From Candidatus Hydrothermarchaeum profundi (lineage in GTDB: Archaea > Hydrothermarchaeota > Hydrothermarchaeia > Hydrothermarchaeales > Hydrothermarchaeaceae), in NCBI GenBank assembly GCA_002011125.2, contig MTMF02000003.1:1-25245 (forward strand): a stretch of DNA of 25,245 nt. Direction: 5' to 3'. Of the stretch, positions 15,815 through 24,187 are shown in pieces. Under the pieces are notes generated by a model, which had not been told where the DNA came from, did no database searches, and was given only the letters and a program-made list of their open reading frames with translations. Numbering within the stretch: the stretch's first letter is position 1; the number at the start of each line of letters is the position of its first letter. A program made the position numbers and the translations under genes.

Positions 15815-16708
15815 TTAAATTTTATTTTTCAAATCTAAGAAATTATTTCCTCTAGTGAACTTTTCAAAAGCAAACGATCTGTATCTTACTCTCCCAAATT
15901 CCTCTCCATTTGGATAGAGAGGAAGATGCATAACATCGCTGAAGACTCTTGAAGGATAAACGATTACTGCTTCGTCATTCTTCAAAGACTGAAAAAGTGA
16001 ATTGAACCTTTGTAGTTTTGGCTGATCGTTGGAGAAGTAGCCCCCTCTCCTGACAAGCAACCAATTGAATGATGATCTAACTCCCTTTCTTATCTTGAAC
16101 CATCCTTGAGTTGTAGCTACAAATCTAACTTTCAAGCTGCGAAGCTTCTCGATGTTTAGCTGAATTATAGATCCAACTTTGCCTACTCCCTCCTCGCCAT
16201 GTCCTTGTGCTGGAGCAACGACGTGGAACTCGTCGAAGAAAATTGAGAGTGGTGTAACATAATCAAGGTGGGCATCATGAGCTAGATATATGAGGGATTT
16301 GAAGATGGCTGAGAAGATTTTGGCGTAAGTTTCTGGATCGTGTATGTATGGATACAAGGAGAGAACGTTGATTTTATTGGGGTCTAGATTTAGCCAGATC
16401 AGTCGGGGATCGTCGAACTGGCTTATATGGATGTCATGTAATTCGTCACAGCTTCTCTCGTTCAGTAAGATCGAAATCTCAAATGTTTCTGGGATCATGA
16501 CGTTGAGGGGTTTGAATAGAGCGAGAGTCAGAAATTCGGAGGATTTTCCTGTATCAAACCAGACAATCGTCTCGTTTGAGGAGTGAGTTAACCCATCAAG
16601 AATCCAGTAGAGTCCTTGGGTCTTCCCACTGCCGGTAATTCCTATCTCCAGGATGTGCTGTCCTGGAATTTTCAGGCATTCCCTCTCAAATTTCTCCTGC
16701 CAGCCCAT
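15815..16708 (-). CDS. FtsK/HerA-superfamily ATPase, putative genome packaging/extrusion ATPase (297 aa; ORF track start 16726)
   Basis: HILEIGITGSGKT, IFFDEFH, KLRS...ATTQ. Last gene of the membrane-protein operon. RBS GGGAGG before ATG 16708. Confidence 0.8.
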   Translation of the reverse strand: MGWQEKFERECLKIPGQHILEIGITGSGKTQGLYWILDGLTHSSNETIVWFDTGKSSEFLTLALFKPLNVMIPETFEISILLNERSCDELHDIHISQFDDPRLIWLNLDPNKINVLSLYPYIHDPETYAKIFSAIFKSLIYLAHDAHLDYVTPLSIFFDEFHVVAPAQGHGEEGVGKVGSIIQLNIEKLRSLKVRFVATTQGWFKIRKGVRSSFNWLLVRRGGYFSNDQPKLQRFNSLFQSLKNDEAVIVYPSRVFSDVMHLPLYPNGEEFGRVRYRSFAFEKFTRGNNFLDLKNKI

Positions 16709-16730
16709 TTTTCCTCCCTGATTCAACAGA

Positions 16731-16964
16731 TTACTTCCTTTTCCTTCCTTTCTTTTTCTCGAGGTAATGATGGGTCTTGGCGATGAGATAGCCAGTAATC
16801 AAGCAGATCGCTCCAACAATCAGAACTAAAATTCGGATATCGTGCCAGGTTGTAATAACGAGAGATGGGTCTGTGAGGTCTAATGAGTTGTTGAAGGTTT
16901 CGTTGAGGTCTATCGTTTTGTTTACGATGAAATTAACTCTGGTATTGATCTTATCTCCAATCAT
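16731..16964 (-). CDS. Small membrane protein (77 aa; ORF track start 17024)
   Basis: One hydrophobic helix ILVLIVGAICLITGYLIA followed by a basic tail KKKGRKRK. RBS GGGGAGG before ATG 16964. Confidence 0.65.
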   Translation of the reverse strand: MIGDKINTRVNFIVNKTIDLNETFNNSLDLTDPSLVITTWHDIRILVLIVGAICLITGYLIAKTHHYLEKKKGRKRK

Positions 16965-17340
16965 CTCTGCCTCCCCACCTTGAAGCGTAGACTTCCTCCA
17001 GCACTCTGGGAGAAACAAGATCATAATCGTCGATCCACCTTAGGCAAGAAGAGTAGACATCGTAAAGATAGATCTCGTATAAAATCTTCTTCTCAAAGAC
17101 ATAGGGGGATAAATCAAGGATTATCTCGTAGGTTTCATGCAAAGTGTTGACTCTTCTTTTCAGCTCTTTGAGTTCTTTGTTCAGCTCCTCATCCCGTTCG
17201 AACTCGTCTCTCAGTCTAGTTTCGATGTTTGCAAATATGGAGGCGATGAGGTTCTTTCTTTGAGCTAAGGATGAGTTCTGGGAGATTGTGAACTGATACA
17301 ACAGATCGGCTAAGTGGTAGGCTAAGGCGTTTTCTCCCAT
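16951..17340 (-). CDS. Hypothetical helical protein of the morphogenesis block
   Basis: RBS AGGTGA 4 nt before the ATG. Overlaps the downstream gene. Confidence 0.72.
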   Translation of the reverse strand: MGENALAYHLADLLYQFTISQNSSLAQRKNLIASIFANIETRLRDEFERDEELNKELKELKRRVNTLHETYEIILDLSPYVFEKKILYEIYLYDVYSSCLRWIDDYDLVSPRVLEEVYASRWGGRDDWR

Positions 17341-17383
17341 TGGATCACCTTTATCTCTGTTTTACTTACAGCTCCTACCATTT

Positions 17384-17791
17384 CTACCTCTTCTTCCGCC
17401 TGAACAGCTTTGAGATTATGCCTTCTTTTTGCTCGGTTATCCCTTCACTCTCTTCTTCGAAGGAATAGGGGTTGATTATGTAGGAAGGCCTCCGCTTATA
17501 TAGTTCTACAAATTCCTGTCTGCCAAGACGGTCCCTGGACCTTCTCAGCGAGATTATGTTCTCGATGAAGCTCATAGTAGTTGGGATTTGGATTATGTTA
17601 TTATTGAAGGCTCTGAAGGATGCTATCGCCGTTATTTCTCTTTCGTGCAGGTCAGAGAGTGCATCGTTGATCTCTGTGACAATCAGATCGTATCTTTTGA
17701 GCCTTTGGAGTTCTGGGGAGGTTTCCGTGACCTTTTCTTTAAGGGATTTTTCTATCTGCTGGAGGTTCATACTTCCAACTACCTCACTCAT
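17384..17791 (-). CDS. Hypothetical protein of the morphogenesis block (135 aa; ORF track start 17842)
   Basis: ATG 17791 follows the upstream stop by 10 nt. SRDRLGRQEFV segment and basic C-terminus. Confidence 0.68.
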   Translation of the reverse strand: MSEVVGSMNLQQIEKSLKEKVTETSPELQRLKRYDLIVTEINDALSDLHEREITAIASFRAFNNNIIQIPTTMSFIENIISLRRSRDRLGRQEFVELYKRRPSYIINPYSFEEESEGITEQKEGIISKLFRRKKR

Positions 17792-17801
17792 TTTATCACT
17801 T

Positions 17802-18194
17802 TTAGAAGAACAATCCGACAAACCAGCCAATTGCAATTCCAATAATGAAAGCTATCAGAACGATTCTCATCTCTGGCTTGATTGCAAAGGCCTGCTGGAT
17901 TAGTCTGGAGTCTATTACTTTTCCTATCAAATCGGGGTTCGTTTTGAGCTTTAGAAGTTCATCATCTTTTTCTATTCCAATCGTGCAGCCCTTGTCAGCA
18001 TCTAAGAAGTACTTCAGCTTGGTTCTTCTTCCCTTAATCCACTTTACCGGCTTGGTTGCTATTGCATAGGATCTTCCCAGAAATGGGTCAATAATCAGGT
18101 TGCCGTCTTTAACTGCTTTAGTTTCGATGAACTCTTCTCCTTCTTTGTCCACGATAACAACTTCTACCTTTTCTCCTCTCCTTAAAATTCCCAT
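17802..18194 (-). CDS. C-terminally anchored membrane protein
   Basis: Soluble beta-rich N-terminal part, terminal TM helix IVLIAFIIGIAIGWFVGLFF, RBS GGAGGTGA. Confidence 0.78.
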   Translation of the reverse strand: MGILRRGEKVEVVIVDKEGEEFIETKAVKDGNLIIDPFLGRSYAIATKPVKWIKGRRTKLKYFLDADKGCTIGIEKDDELLKLKTNPDLIGKVIDSRLIQQAFAIKPEMRIVLIAFIIGIAIGWFVGLFF

Positions 18195-18322
18195 CTTTCA
18201 CCTCCGTTGAATTTTTTATTCGTGATGAAGAGCAACCTAAGACAGAGCTTGACTGGATCTTGGTCTTTCATCTTGAGAATTGCTCCAGTTCCTTCTTCGA
18301 TTAGAATAACTCGGTAGAGCAT
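18182..18322 (-). CDS. Small hypothetical protein (46 aa; missing from the ORF track)
   Basis: MLYRVILIEEGTGAILKMKDQDPVKLCLRLLFITNKKFNGGERWEF. RBS AGGTGA upstream. Fills the operon gap. Confidence 0.55.
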   Translation of the reverse strand: MLYRVILIEEGTGAILKMKDQDPVKLCLRLLFITNKKFNGGERWEF

Positions 18323-18337
18323 ACACATCACCTTACC

Positions 18338-19231
18338 TCAAATTGGAATTAGGGTGTTCACGATCTTGTAAACAACGTCAGCAACGAACCTGATAACGTC
18401 CATCAGGAAACGGAGAAGTGAGACGTGGGTTCTGATGTACTTGCGGTAGAAAGAAAAGATGTTTCTGGAGGTTCCGGCGCTCCATGCAAGAACTATGGCT
18501 TCGAATAGTCCGAATGTCAGCAAACCATTGTCGATGAAGATCAGGTTGAAATACCAGATGATCCCGGATAGAATGCTCCAGGATTTAGAAGAGAAGTCCT
18601 TTACCAGGTTGAGGTAGTGGGTAAGGTCTGGAGCTTCCTCCTTCCTCTCTCCTCCACCGCTTCCATACTTCCTTGTGGTTTCCCACCCTTCGAAGTAGGT
18701 ATTGTAGGTCAGCAAACCAATTTTCAAATCTATTGGGCTGTTTGCATTGGTGGAGAATTTCCATATCGGGTTCATTTCCAAGTTCTCAGCAGGGATACAA
18801 ATGGATGGTTTGAAGATCTCTCCTCTTTCATAGATTAAACAGATTGAGGTTTGTGGATTCGTGTTTTCATTGAAGATGTATGTGAGTAAAACGGTTTTCT
18901 GAGATCCAAGCAAATCGTAATCCGTTAGTGTTGCGCTCTGGTTTCCTAACCTCAGATAGATCCCAGAAGTGTAGAAATTTGGTCTGTCGTATTCAATTGA
19001 ATAATCAAAGTTGGAGCTCCCGTAGTGGATTGTCCCGTTAACACTCTCACCTGAATCCAAATAAAAGTATACATCGGTTACTACTTTGCCTTCAGGGGCT
19101 GTGTAGATGAGATCTTTAATGTTGGTTAGAGATAGGAAAAGTTCAGTCTCAAAAAGTGAAGCTGAAGTAATGGAGATTAATAAGAAGATCACAAGGAAGA
19201 TCATTATCAATCTCCCCTTCATCACTTCCAC
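18338..19231 (-). CDS. Secreted/membrane-anchored putative virion protein (probable start ATG 19222)
   Basis: Signal peptide ending TSA, beta-rich ectodomain, hydrophobic/amphipathic C-terminus. TGATG coupling with the upstream gene. Confidence 0.78.
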   Translation of the reverse strand: MEVMKGRLIMIFLVIFLLISITSASLFETELFLSLTNIKDLIYTAPEGKVVTDVYFYLDSGESVNGTIHYGSSNFDYSIEYDRPNFYTSGIYLRLGNQSATLTDYDLLGSQKTVLLTYIFNENTNPQTSICLIYERGEIFKPSICIPAENLEMNPIWKFSTNANSPIDLKIGLLTYNTYFEGWETTRKYGSGGGERKEEAPDLTHYLNLVKDFSSKSWSILSGIIWYFNLIFIDNGLLTFGLFEAIVLAWSAGTSRNIFSFYRKYIRTHVSLLRFLMDVIRFVADVVYKIVNTLIPI

Positions 19232-21147
19232 CTCATAAACTTAAGCAGGCCGAAGATTGTGGCAAGGATGCAGAGCCCGATTATTGCTTCGGCATTCGCG
19301 TAGAGCAGGTTGATTCCCCGATCGAGAGTTGAGCCCTCTGGTTGGGGCAGGGGTGTATAAGTGAGAGAAGGAGTAGGAGTGGCAGTAGTAATTTCAGGAA
19401 GGAGAGTTACCGCTACTTCACTCTGATTTGTTCCAACGCTGACAGTTCCGGATCTGGAGATATAGCCTTCTTTTGAGATCGTGTAAGGATAGGTTGTGTT
19501 TGGAGCAACATTGAAAACGAAAACTCCATAGCTGTTCGTGTTTCCGGCATAGGATGAGCCAGCGGATAGAGGGCCGACAACAATGGTGGCATCCTCTATA
19601 GGATTGTTATCCTCATCTTTGACTATGAAAACAAGGGGCACACCTCCTCCCTCAACTGTCAGGTTTGTGGGAATCATTCCGATTGTTACCCAGGTGTATT
19701 CTGTTACCTTAATTGAAGGTGTGTAGCCGTAGATGTTGAAGTCGGCTATGTAACCTTCCTTTGATGCATTGTAGGATATTATAGAGCCATTTGGTACTTC
19801 AATTGAGAATCCTGAGTCAACAGTTCCATTAAAAGAGTAGTCTCCTAAGAGCGTTAAGTTAACTCCGTCTATCATCGACTGGGTTTTTGAATCAATGAAG
19901 TAGAAGGTAACGGTTTTGTTCAGGAACCCCTCAAATCCCTCATAACTTTCTGGAGAGGTTAAAGTGACGTTGAAGTAAGTCATGACGGGATCATAGACAG
20001 TAAAGTACCAGATCGGAATTATCTTCTGCCTATGGAGCGTATCGTTTGCCTGATTTCCTGTTATTATTTCAGTAAACCCATCCACCGTGGTTACGTTGTA
20101 GCTCATCTTGTCGTCCATGTAGACATCCAAAATATACCGAGATCCTTCCTTCTGGTAGATGTAGCTTCCTTCCCTTGTAGTTGAATACTGCACTTTGTAG
20201 GTCGTGAAACTCTGTCCGTAGGGGCCATCGAAACCTCCAAACCCGCCGAAGATTTCATACCAATTGTAGTAATTCCACCCTTTGCCATAGAACTGGATAT
20301 CCCACGAATCCAAGGGATGGGTTATGTTTGTGAGGGAGGGCTGTTTCCTAGTGTACTGCTTAAAACCCCAGATATTCTGTGAGGGTTCATAGTATAGAGT
20401 GCAGTAGCCTATTTGATACGTGGGCTTCATATAGATTGTTACTACATCTCCAACGTTCACCTTTGACTCGTTGAACGAGCTGACGAAATACTCGTAAACG
20501 ATCTCTCCTCCGTAGGAGTACTGATTATACCAGCCGTAACCCACGATATCCGATCCCTTTCTAAATTCCAAGCTTCCAGTGAAAGTGTTTAGATTGTAGA
20601 AGTTTGATTGGCTCCCTTCTTGACAGATGTAGGCTTGAAGGATGTAGGGGGTTTCAGACTTGAACATGAAGTATTCAGGTTTGTAGCCCATGTACTTGAA
20701 TCTCATCACGGCATGCCAAGTGTATCCAGTTTCGAAAGTAGATCCTGCACCGGCATCAGAATAACCCTCGCCGATGCCTATTTTCTGGTCGGTTATTGAC
20801 AGATAGAGATCTCCCTGTTGAAGTACCTCGGCCTTTGCCAACCAGACGGAGTTGTTGATGAGTATAAGTAGGTAAGCTGCAACCAAGAAGAATAGGGCTA
20901 TTTTCGCAAAGCTGAAAGCTTTGAAGCTTATTCTGTCTTTGTGCCTTCTGAGATATTCGATTAACAAGAGAATTATGGCGGAGGGAATGAATACCTTTGC
21001 TACGAGGTAAGCTTCGGGCGAGCTGGTGATCAGGAAAGCGACAAAAGGATTGCCCTCGTTGAATCCCCTATCGAGTAGATAGAGGGTTGAGGCAAAGTCA
21101 AGAAAATTCAGAACCAGAAATAAGAAGAGTAAAAGCTCGAGTCTCAG
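19222..21147 (-). CDS. Large surface/spike-like protein with N-terminal DUF5658-like membrane domain, beta-sandwich ectodomain, Thr/Pro linker and C-terminal TM anchor (about 641 aa; ORF track gives only 19222..20967)
   Basis: The frame is open upstream of 20967 to 21165, encoding LNFLDFASTLYLLDRGFNEGNPF...K. AGGTGA-TATT-CTG at 21147. VKDEDNNPIEDATI...YTISKEGY is carboxypeptidase-regulatory-like. Many N-x-S/T sequons. Confidence 0.75.
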   Translation of the reverse strand: MRLELLLFLFLVLNFLDFASTLYLLDRGFNEGNPFVAFLITSSPEAYLVAKVFIPSAIILLLIEYLRRHKDRISFKAFSFAKIALFFLVAAYLLILINNSVWLAKAEVLQQGDLYLSITDQKIGIGEGYSDAGAGSTFETGYTWHAVMRFKYMGYKPEYFMFKSETPYILQAYICQEGSQSNFYNLNTFTGSLEFRKGSDIVGYGWYNQYSYGGEIVYEYFVSSFNESKVNVGDVVTIYMKPTYQIGYCTLYYEPSQNIWGFKQYTRKQPSLTNITHPLDSWDIQFYGKGWNYYNWYEIFGGFGGFDGPYGQSFTTYKVQYSTTREGSYIYQKEGSRYILDVYMDDKMSYNVTTVDGFTEIITGNQANDTLHRQKIIPIWYFTVYDPVMTYFNVTLTSPESYEGFEGFLNKTVTFYFIDSKTQSMIDGVNLTLLGDYSFNGTVDSGFSIEVPNGSIISYNASKEGYIADFNIYGYTPSIKVTEYTWVTIGMIPTNLTVEGGGVPLVFIVKDEDNNPIEDATIVVGPLSAGSSYAGNTNSYGVFVFNVAPNTTYPYTISKEGYISRSGTVSVGTNQSEVAVTLLPEITTATPTPSLTYTPLPQPEGSTLDRGINLLYANAEAIIGLCILATIFGLLKFMRWK

Positions 21148-21151
21148 AATA

Positions 21152-21355
21152 TCACCTTGGATGTTTTACTCTATGAGGTTTTCCAGCTATGATAACTCGC
21201 TTATGAGGGGGCTTTCCCATCTTGCTTCGATTGTGAATCCAGTTGTAGGCTAGCCACTTCTGATAGCTTCGCTTGTTTTTGAAGTGGAGGGTATTGGCTT
21301 TTCTTTTTCTCCTGCTTTTACTCCCTTTTCTTCCTTTTCTAGTCTTTTTTGACAT
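21152..21355 (-). CDS. Highly basic 67-aa protein, candidate genome-condensing virion protein (ORF track start 21499)
   Basis: MSKKTRKGRKGSKSRRKRKANTLHFKNKRSYQKW... has no acidic residues. RBS GGAGGGGGTGA before ATG 21355. Confidence 0.72.
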   Translation of the reverse strand: MSKKTRKGRKGSKSRRKRKANTLHFKNKRSYQKWLAYNWIHNRSKMGKPPHKRVIIAGKPHRVKHPR

Positions 21356-21372
21356 CAATTCACCCCCTCCCT

Positions 21373-21756
21373 TTAGCGGAACAGCCTCGTAATCAGCCAT
21401 GCTGAGCTTACTATCACGATGAAGAACAGGAAGAAGGCTAAAATGCTGGGCGTGGTTAGAGTGAAGAGTTCTATGGCATTCAAAGGGTTCTGGAACCACA
21501 CCTGCTCACTTGGCTTGAAAACGAAGATGTAGGATTCGTTATCTCTAAGCTTAATTGAGTCTGTGGAGTTAAACTCGCCAATAAATTTGTGTCCTTTGTC
21601 TGTGACTTTGTAAACCAGTATTTTGACGTCCTTGGTTAAATCGAGGTCTGAGAAGGCAATGAAGACCTTTGCATCAACTACAGAACAGAAAACTACGACT
21701 GAAAAAGCTGTAAGAACAAAGAAAAAAGTGAGTTTTAAAGGAGAAAGTTTAGGCAT
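21373..21756 (-). CDS. Membrane protein with signal peptide and C-terminal TM helix, putative minor virion protein
   Basis: N-terminal hydrophobic segment ending VDA, small ectodomain, C-terminal ILAFFLFFIVIVSSAWLI. Confidence 0.75.
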   Translation of the reverse strand: MPKLSPLKLTFFFVLTAFSVVVFCSVVDAKVFIAFSDLDLTKDVKILVYKVTDKGHKFIGEFNSTDSIKLRDNESYIFVFKPSEQVWFQNPLNAIELFTLTTPSILAFFLFFIVIVSSAWLITRLFR

Positions 21757-21757
21757 T

Positions 21758-21883
21758 CTATCGTCTCCCTTTCTTGGTACTTTTTGTAGATTTCTTATTT
21801 CTCGCTCTCTTGACTTTCCTGACTTTCTTTACCCTCTTAATTCTCCCAGCTTTCCTAAACCTTCTAATCCTTTTTCCAGCCAT
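21758..21883 (-). CDS. Protamine-like 41-aa protein (missing from the ORF track)
   Basis: MAGKRIRRFRKAGRIKRVKKVRKVKRARNKKSTKSTKKGRR: 23 of 41 residues are K/R and none are D/E. Its stop lies 1 nt from the next ATG. Confidence 0.65.
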   Translation of the reverse strand: MAGKRIRRFRKAGRIKRVKKVRKVKRARNKKSTKSTKKGRR

Positions 21884-21904
21884 CTTTAATCCCTACAACC
21901 AAAG

Positions 21905-22195
21905 CTACCTGAAAAACCTGAAGGCATCTCTGATAGCTCCGACAATCGAGTCAAGCAAACCGGTAACGAAGCCGACCATGATAAGGATGAACAGCACAGG
22001 AACAACTTTGATAACAAGGTCGCCAATTGAAGGCATCAGATCTCCAACGCCTTTGATAAGATCTCCAAGCTGGGTCCAGTTAACGCTCCCATTCTCGGCA
22101 GAAGCAACTCCGAAAACTCCGAAGTTGACGACGATCATTAGGAAGAGGGCTTTGACTTTCTTGGACTTCAATCTGAGCTTGAGCCATTCTTTCAT
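21905..22195 (-). CDS. Candidate major coat/structural protein (signal peptide + 63-aa helical hydrophobic mature chain)
   Basis: Signal peptide ending ASA, amphipathic helix, TM segment VVPVLFILIMVGFVTGLL, basic C-terminus. First gene of the operon, with the strong RBS AGGAGGTGG. Confidence 0.6.
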   Translation of the reverse strand: MKEWLKLRLKSKKVKALFLMIVVNFGVFGVASAENGSVNWTQLGDLIKGVGDLMPSIGDLVIKVVPVLFILIMVGFVTGLLDSIVGAIRDAFRFFR

Positions 22196-22240
22196 AGTCC
22201 ACCTCCTGATCTAATTAAATAGAAATTATTTAAATCAATT
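22196..22240 (-). promoter_or_regulatory. Putative promoter and RBS of the structural operon
   Basis: TTTAAATA on the minus strand at 22227-22234 and AGGAGGTGG just upstream of ATG 22195. Confidence 0.5.
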
Positions 22241-22405
22241 ATTTTTATGATATTTGTAATATTGATGATGTTGTCGATTAAAGTGGAATCTTTGAGGGTG
22301 TAATGTTTCCGACAGTATCGTAGTGTACTTGCCAAATAGCCCGTTGGATTGGAGATTTTGAGTTACGTTTCAAGAAAGAATGGTCTTTTGAAAAAATGTT
22401 TAAAT

Positions 22406-23071
22406 TTAAATTGAGGCACAAACATTGTTTATGTAGTGGAGAAAACAGGGTGCGTAGATCTTTTTATTAGTCACTAAAAACGCTAATCCATAAGTAAAAC
22501 CTGAATGAAGTCTTATAAGTAGTCTGAGTGGATCTCCAACCCAATCAACATGTAAATCCGAGAAAAGTAATCCCAAAACAAAAATTGTAAGAATAGATGT
22601 GGTTAATTCCTTATTATTGTCTGGTAGATGGATCAGGAATCTATCTTTGAAAGTAATATGAATACCAATAAAAGCTAGTCCTAACATATATGACCTAAAA
22701 ATCAACTCTTCCGAAAAAACCACCCAAACGATGTTTAGATTGAAAATCAAAAAAGGTTTAAGTCCGTATTTGATCGCAAAAATTGAACTAAATAACACGA
22801 TAATTAAAACCGTACTTAATACAACATTTCTTAGCTCTTCCACTTTTGGAACCAAAGAATCGGAAATAAGGTTTAATCGCCTGATAACGAATAGATGAAT
22901 TACTATTCCCAAAATTAGAGGAAAATAAAATTCAATGTTGATGTTAGGCATTATTATATTCCTTAAAATAATGTAAAAGCCAACAAATATTATGCCGAAG
23001 ATCAAATGCCCTCCTAAAGGATTAACATAAGGTCTCGAATCTTCCATTATTTTTTTAACAAAACTTAACAA
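22406..23071 (-). CDS. CPBP (CAAX protease / Abi) family intramembrane metalloprotease
   Basis: Multiple TM helices with EELIFR, FSDLH and HYINN motifs. Confidence 0.85.
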   Translation of the reverse strand: MLSFVKKIMEDSRPYVNPLGGHLIFGIIFVGFYIILRNIIMPNINIEFYFPLILGIVIHLFVIRRLNLISDSLVPKVEELRNVVLSTVLIIVLFSSIFAIKYGLKPFLIFNLNIVWVVFSEELIFRSYMLGLAFIGIHITFKDRFLIHLPDNNKELTTSILTIFVLGLLFSDLHVDWVGDPLRLLIRLHSGFTYGLAFLVTNKKIYAPCFLHYINNVCASI

Positions 23072-23105
23072 AAATTAGGTTTCTGTCTTGTGAAGGTCAA
23101 AGTAG

Positions 23106-23303
23106 TTAATATTTACAATAAAAATCCTCGAATGATTTTGCAATAATCCATTCAATGCGGAAGAAGATAGGACAAGAGTCAGATTTTACTTTATCTCCAC
23201 AGACTTTGAGGTATAGCTCAAAGTGACTGGTTATTTTGATTTTAAAATTCACTAAGAAAAGCATGCTGACGAGGAGAAGAACGAAAAGGCTCTGAAACCT
23301 CAT
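23106..23303 (-). CDS. Possible small hydrophobic protein
   Basis: ORF with a hydrophobic N-terminus on the same strand as its neighbours. No motif or clear RBS. Confidence 0.3.
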   Translation of the reverse strand: MRFQSLFVLLLVSMLFLVNFKIKITSHFELYLKVCGDKVKSDSCPIFFRIEWIIAKSFEDFYCKY

Positions 23304-23545
23304 GTTTGGAGATTGGATTCCTCGGATATATTGATTGCGTTTTAAAAGTGATTAGGATAACTTAAATTCGGAAAAAAGAGTTTAAGGATTCTTGAGAGCT
23401 CCTGCGTTTACGTTTGAGCTTATCAGCTGGAGTAAAGTTGGTTATCCAGAGGTATTTGCTCTTTTCTTTAACTTGGTGGAGCACAGAATAGCTTTGCTTT
23501 TCAGGAAAAGACAGTTATGTACGATGTGAAAGTGTTTGGTTTTGT

Positions 23546-23722
23546 TTAATTCTTGCTGTAGTGGATCTCTTGAATGAACCTCCTCGTTATTCTGAACTTG
23601 TTACAAACATCCAAGGGAGATTTCACGGAATCTGAAAGTTCGCAGTATCCCCCGTCTACTGCACCTTCGAAGTAGTATTCACAGAGAAAGCAACAGAGTG
23701 GCAGGATTATCACAGGTCGCAT
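23546..23722 (-). CDS. Small Cys-rich putative metal-binding protein (58 aa; missing from the ORF track)
   Basis: MRPVIILPLCCFLCEYYFEGAVDGGYCELSDSVKSPLDVCNKFRITRRFIQEIHYSKN. Confidence 0.55.
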   Translation of the reverse strand: MRPVIILPLCCFLCEYYFEGAVDGGYCELSDSVKSPLDVCNKFRITRRFIQEIHYSKN

Positions 23723-23968
23723 GGTAGGAATAAAACGATAAAAGAGGAGAGACTTTGGTGGTTGTGATGTTTTAGTTCCAAAAATTCATTACTGGGCCCA
23801 CTAGTTTTATCCATTGTTAACCTATTTGATTTGATCTTCCACCAGTACCCAATCAGTTTTAATGGCGATATCAGTGATATTGAAAAGTTGCAATTGCATA
23901 GAAGTTAGTCTTACTGACATAGGTAGGTCAACTCTACTGTGAAGATCGATAGAACTTTAGATAAAGTG

Positions 23969-24187
23969 TCAAAGAAGTCCCTTCTCCCTGAAATGCTTCT
24001 CTAGAGCAATGTTTACCAAATCTGAAAGTCGATAGTTGTTTAGTCGGATGATGTCATAGAGTTCCTTCTCGATGTGGACTGTGGTCATAATTCTGTTCTT
24101 CTTTTCTAATTTGAGAATTCTCTTCATTGCGATTGAGTTTGTAAGTTTGGTTTCAGGTAGTGGTTTGATTTTATCGTCTTTTTCCAT
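23969..24187 (-). CDS. Ribbon-helix-helix-like DNA-binding protein
   Basis: IMTTVHIEKELYDIIR...LSDLVNIALEKHF. Overlaps the integrase 3' end and has RBS GGAGGG. Confidence 0.65.
   Translation of the reverse strand: MEKDDKIKPLPETKLTNSIAMKRILKLEKKNRIMTTVHIEKELYDIIRLNNYRLSDLVNIALEKHFREKGLL

Noticed and set aside
15815-16708. VirB4/VirD4 conjugation ATPase or terminase
   Set aside because: Only about 300 aa, with no TM anchor or nuclease domain, and no relaxase seen in the element.
19222-21147. Firm assignment as pleolipovirus fusion spike
   Set aside because: The topology is compatible, but the beta-sandwich repeats and N-terminal multi-TM domain are not diagnostic. Needs structural comparison.
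23310-23960. ncRNA or origin in the ORF-poor stretch
   Set aside because: Apart from the 58-aa Cys-rich ORF I found no convincing hairpin, repeat or RNA motif.
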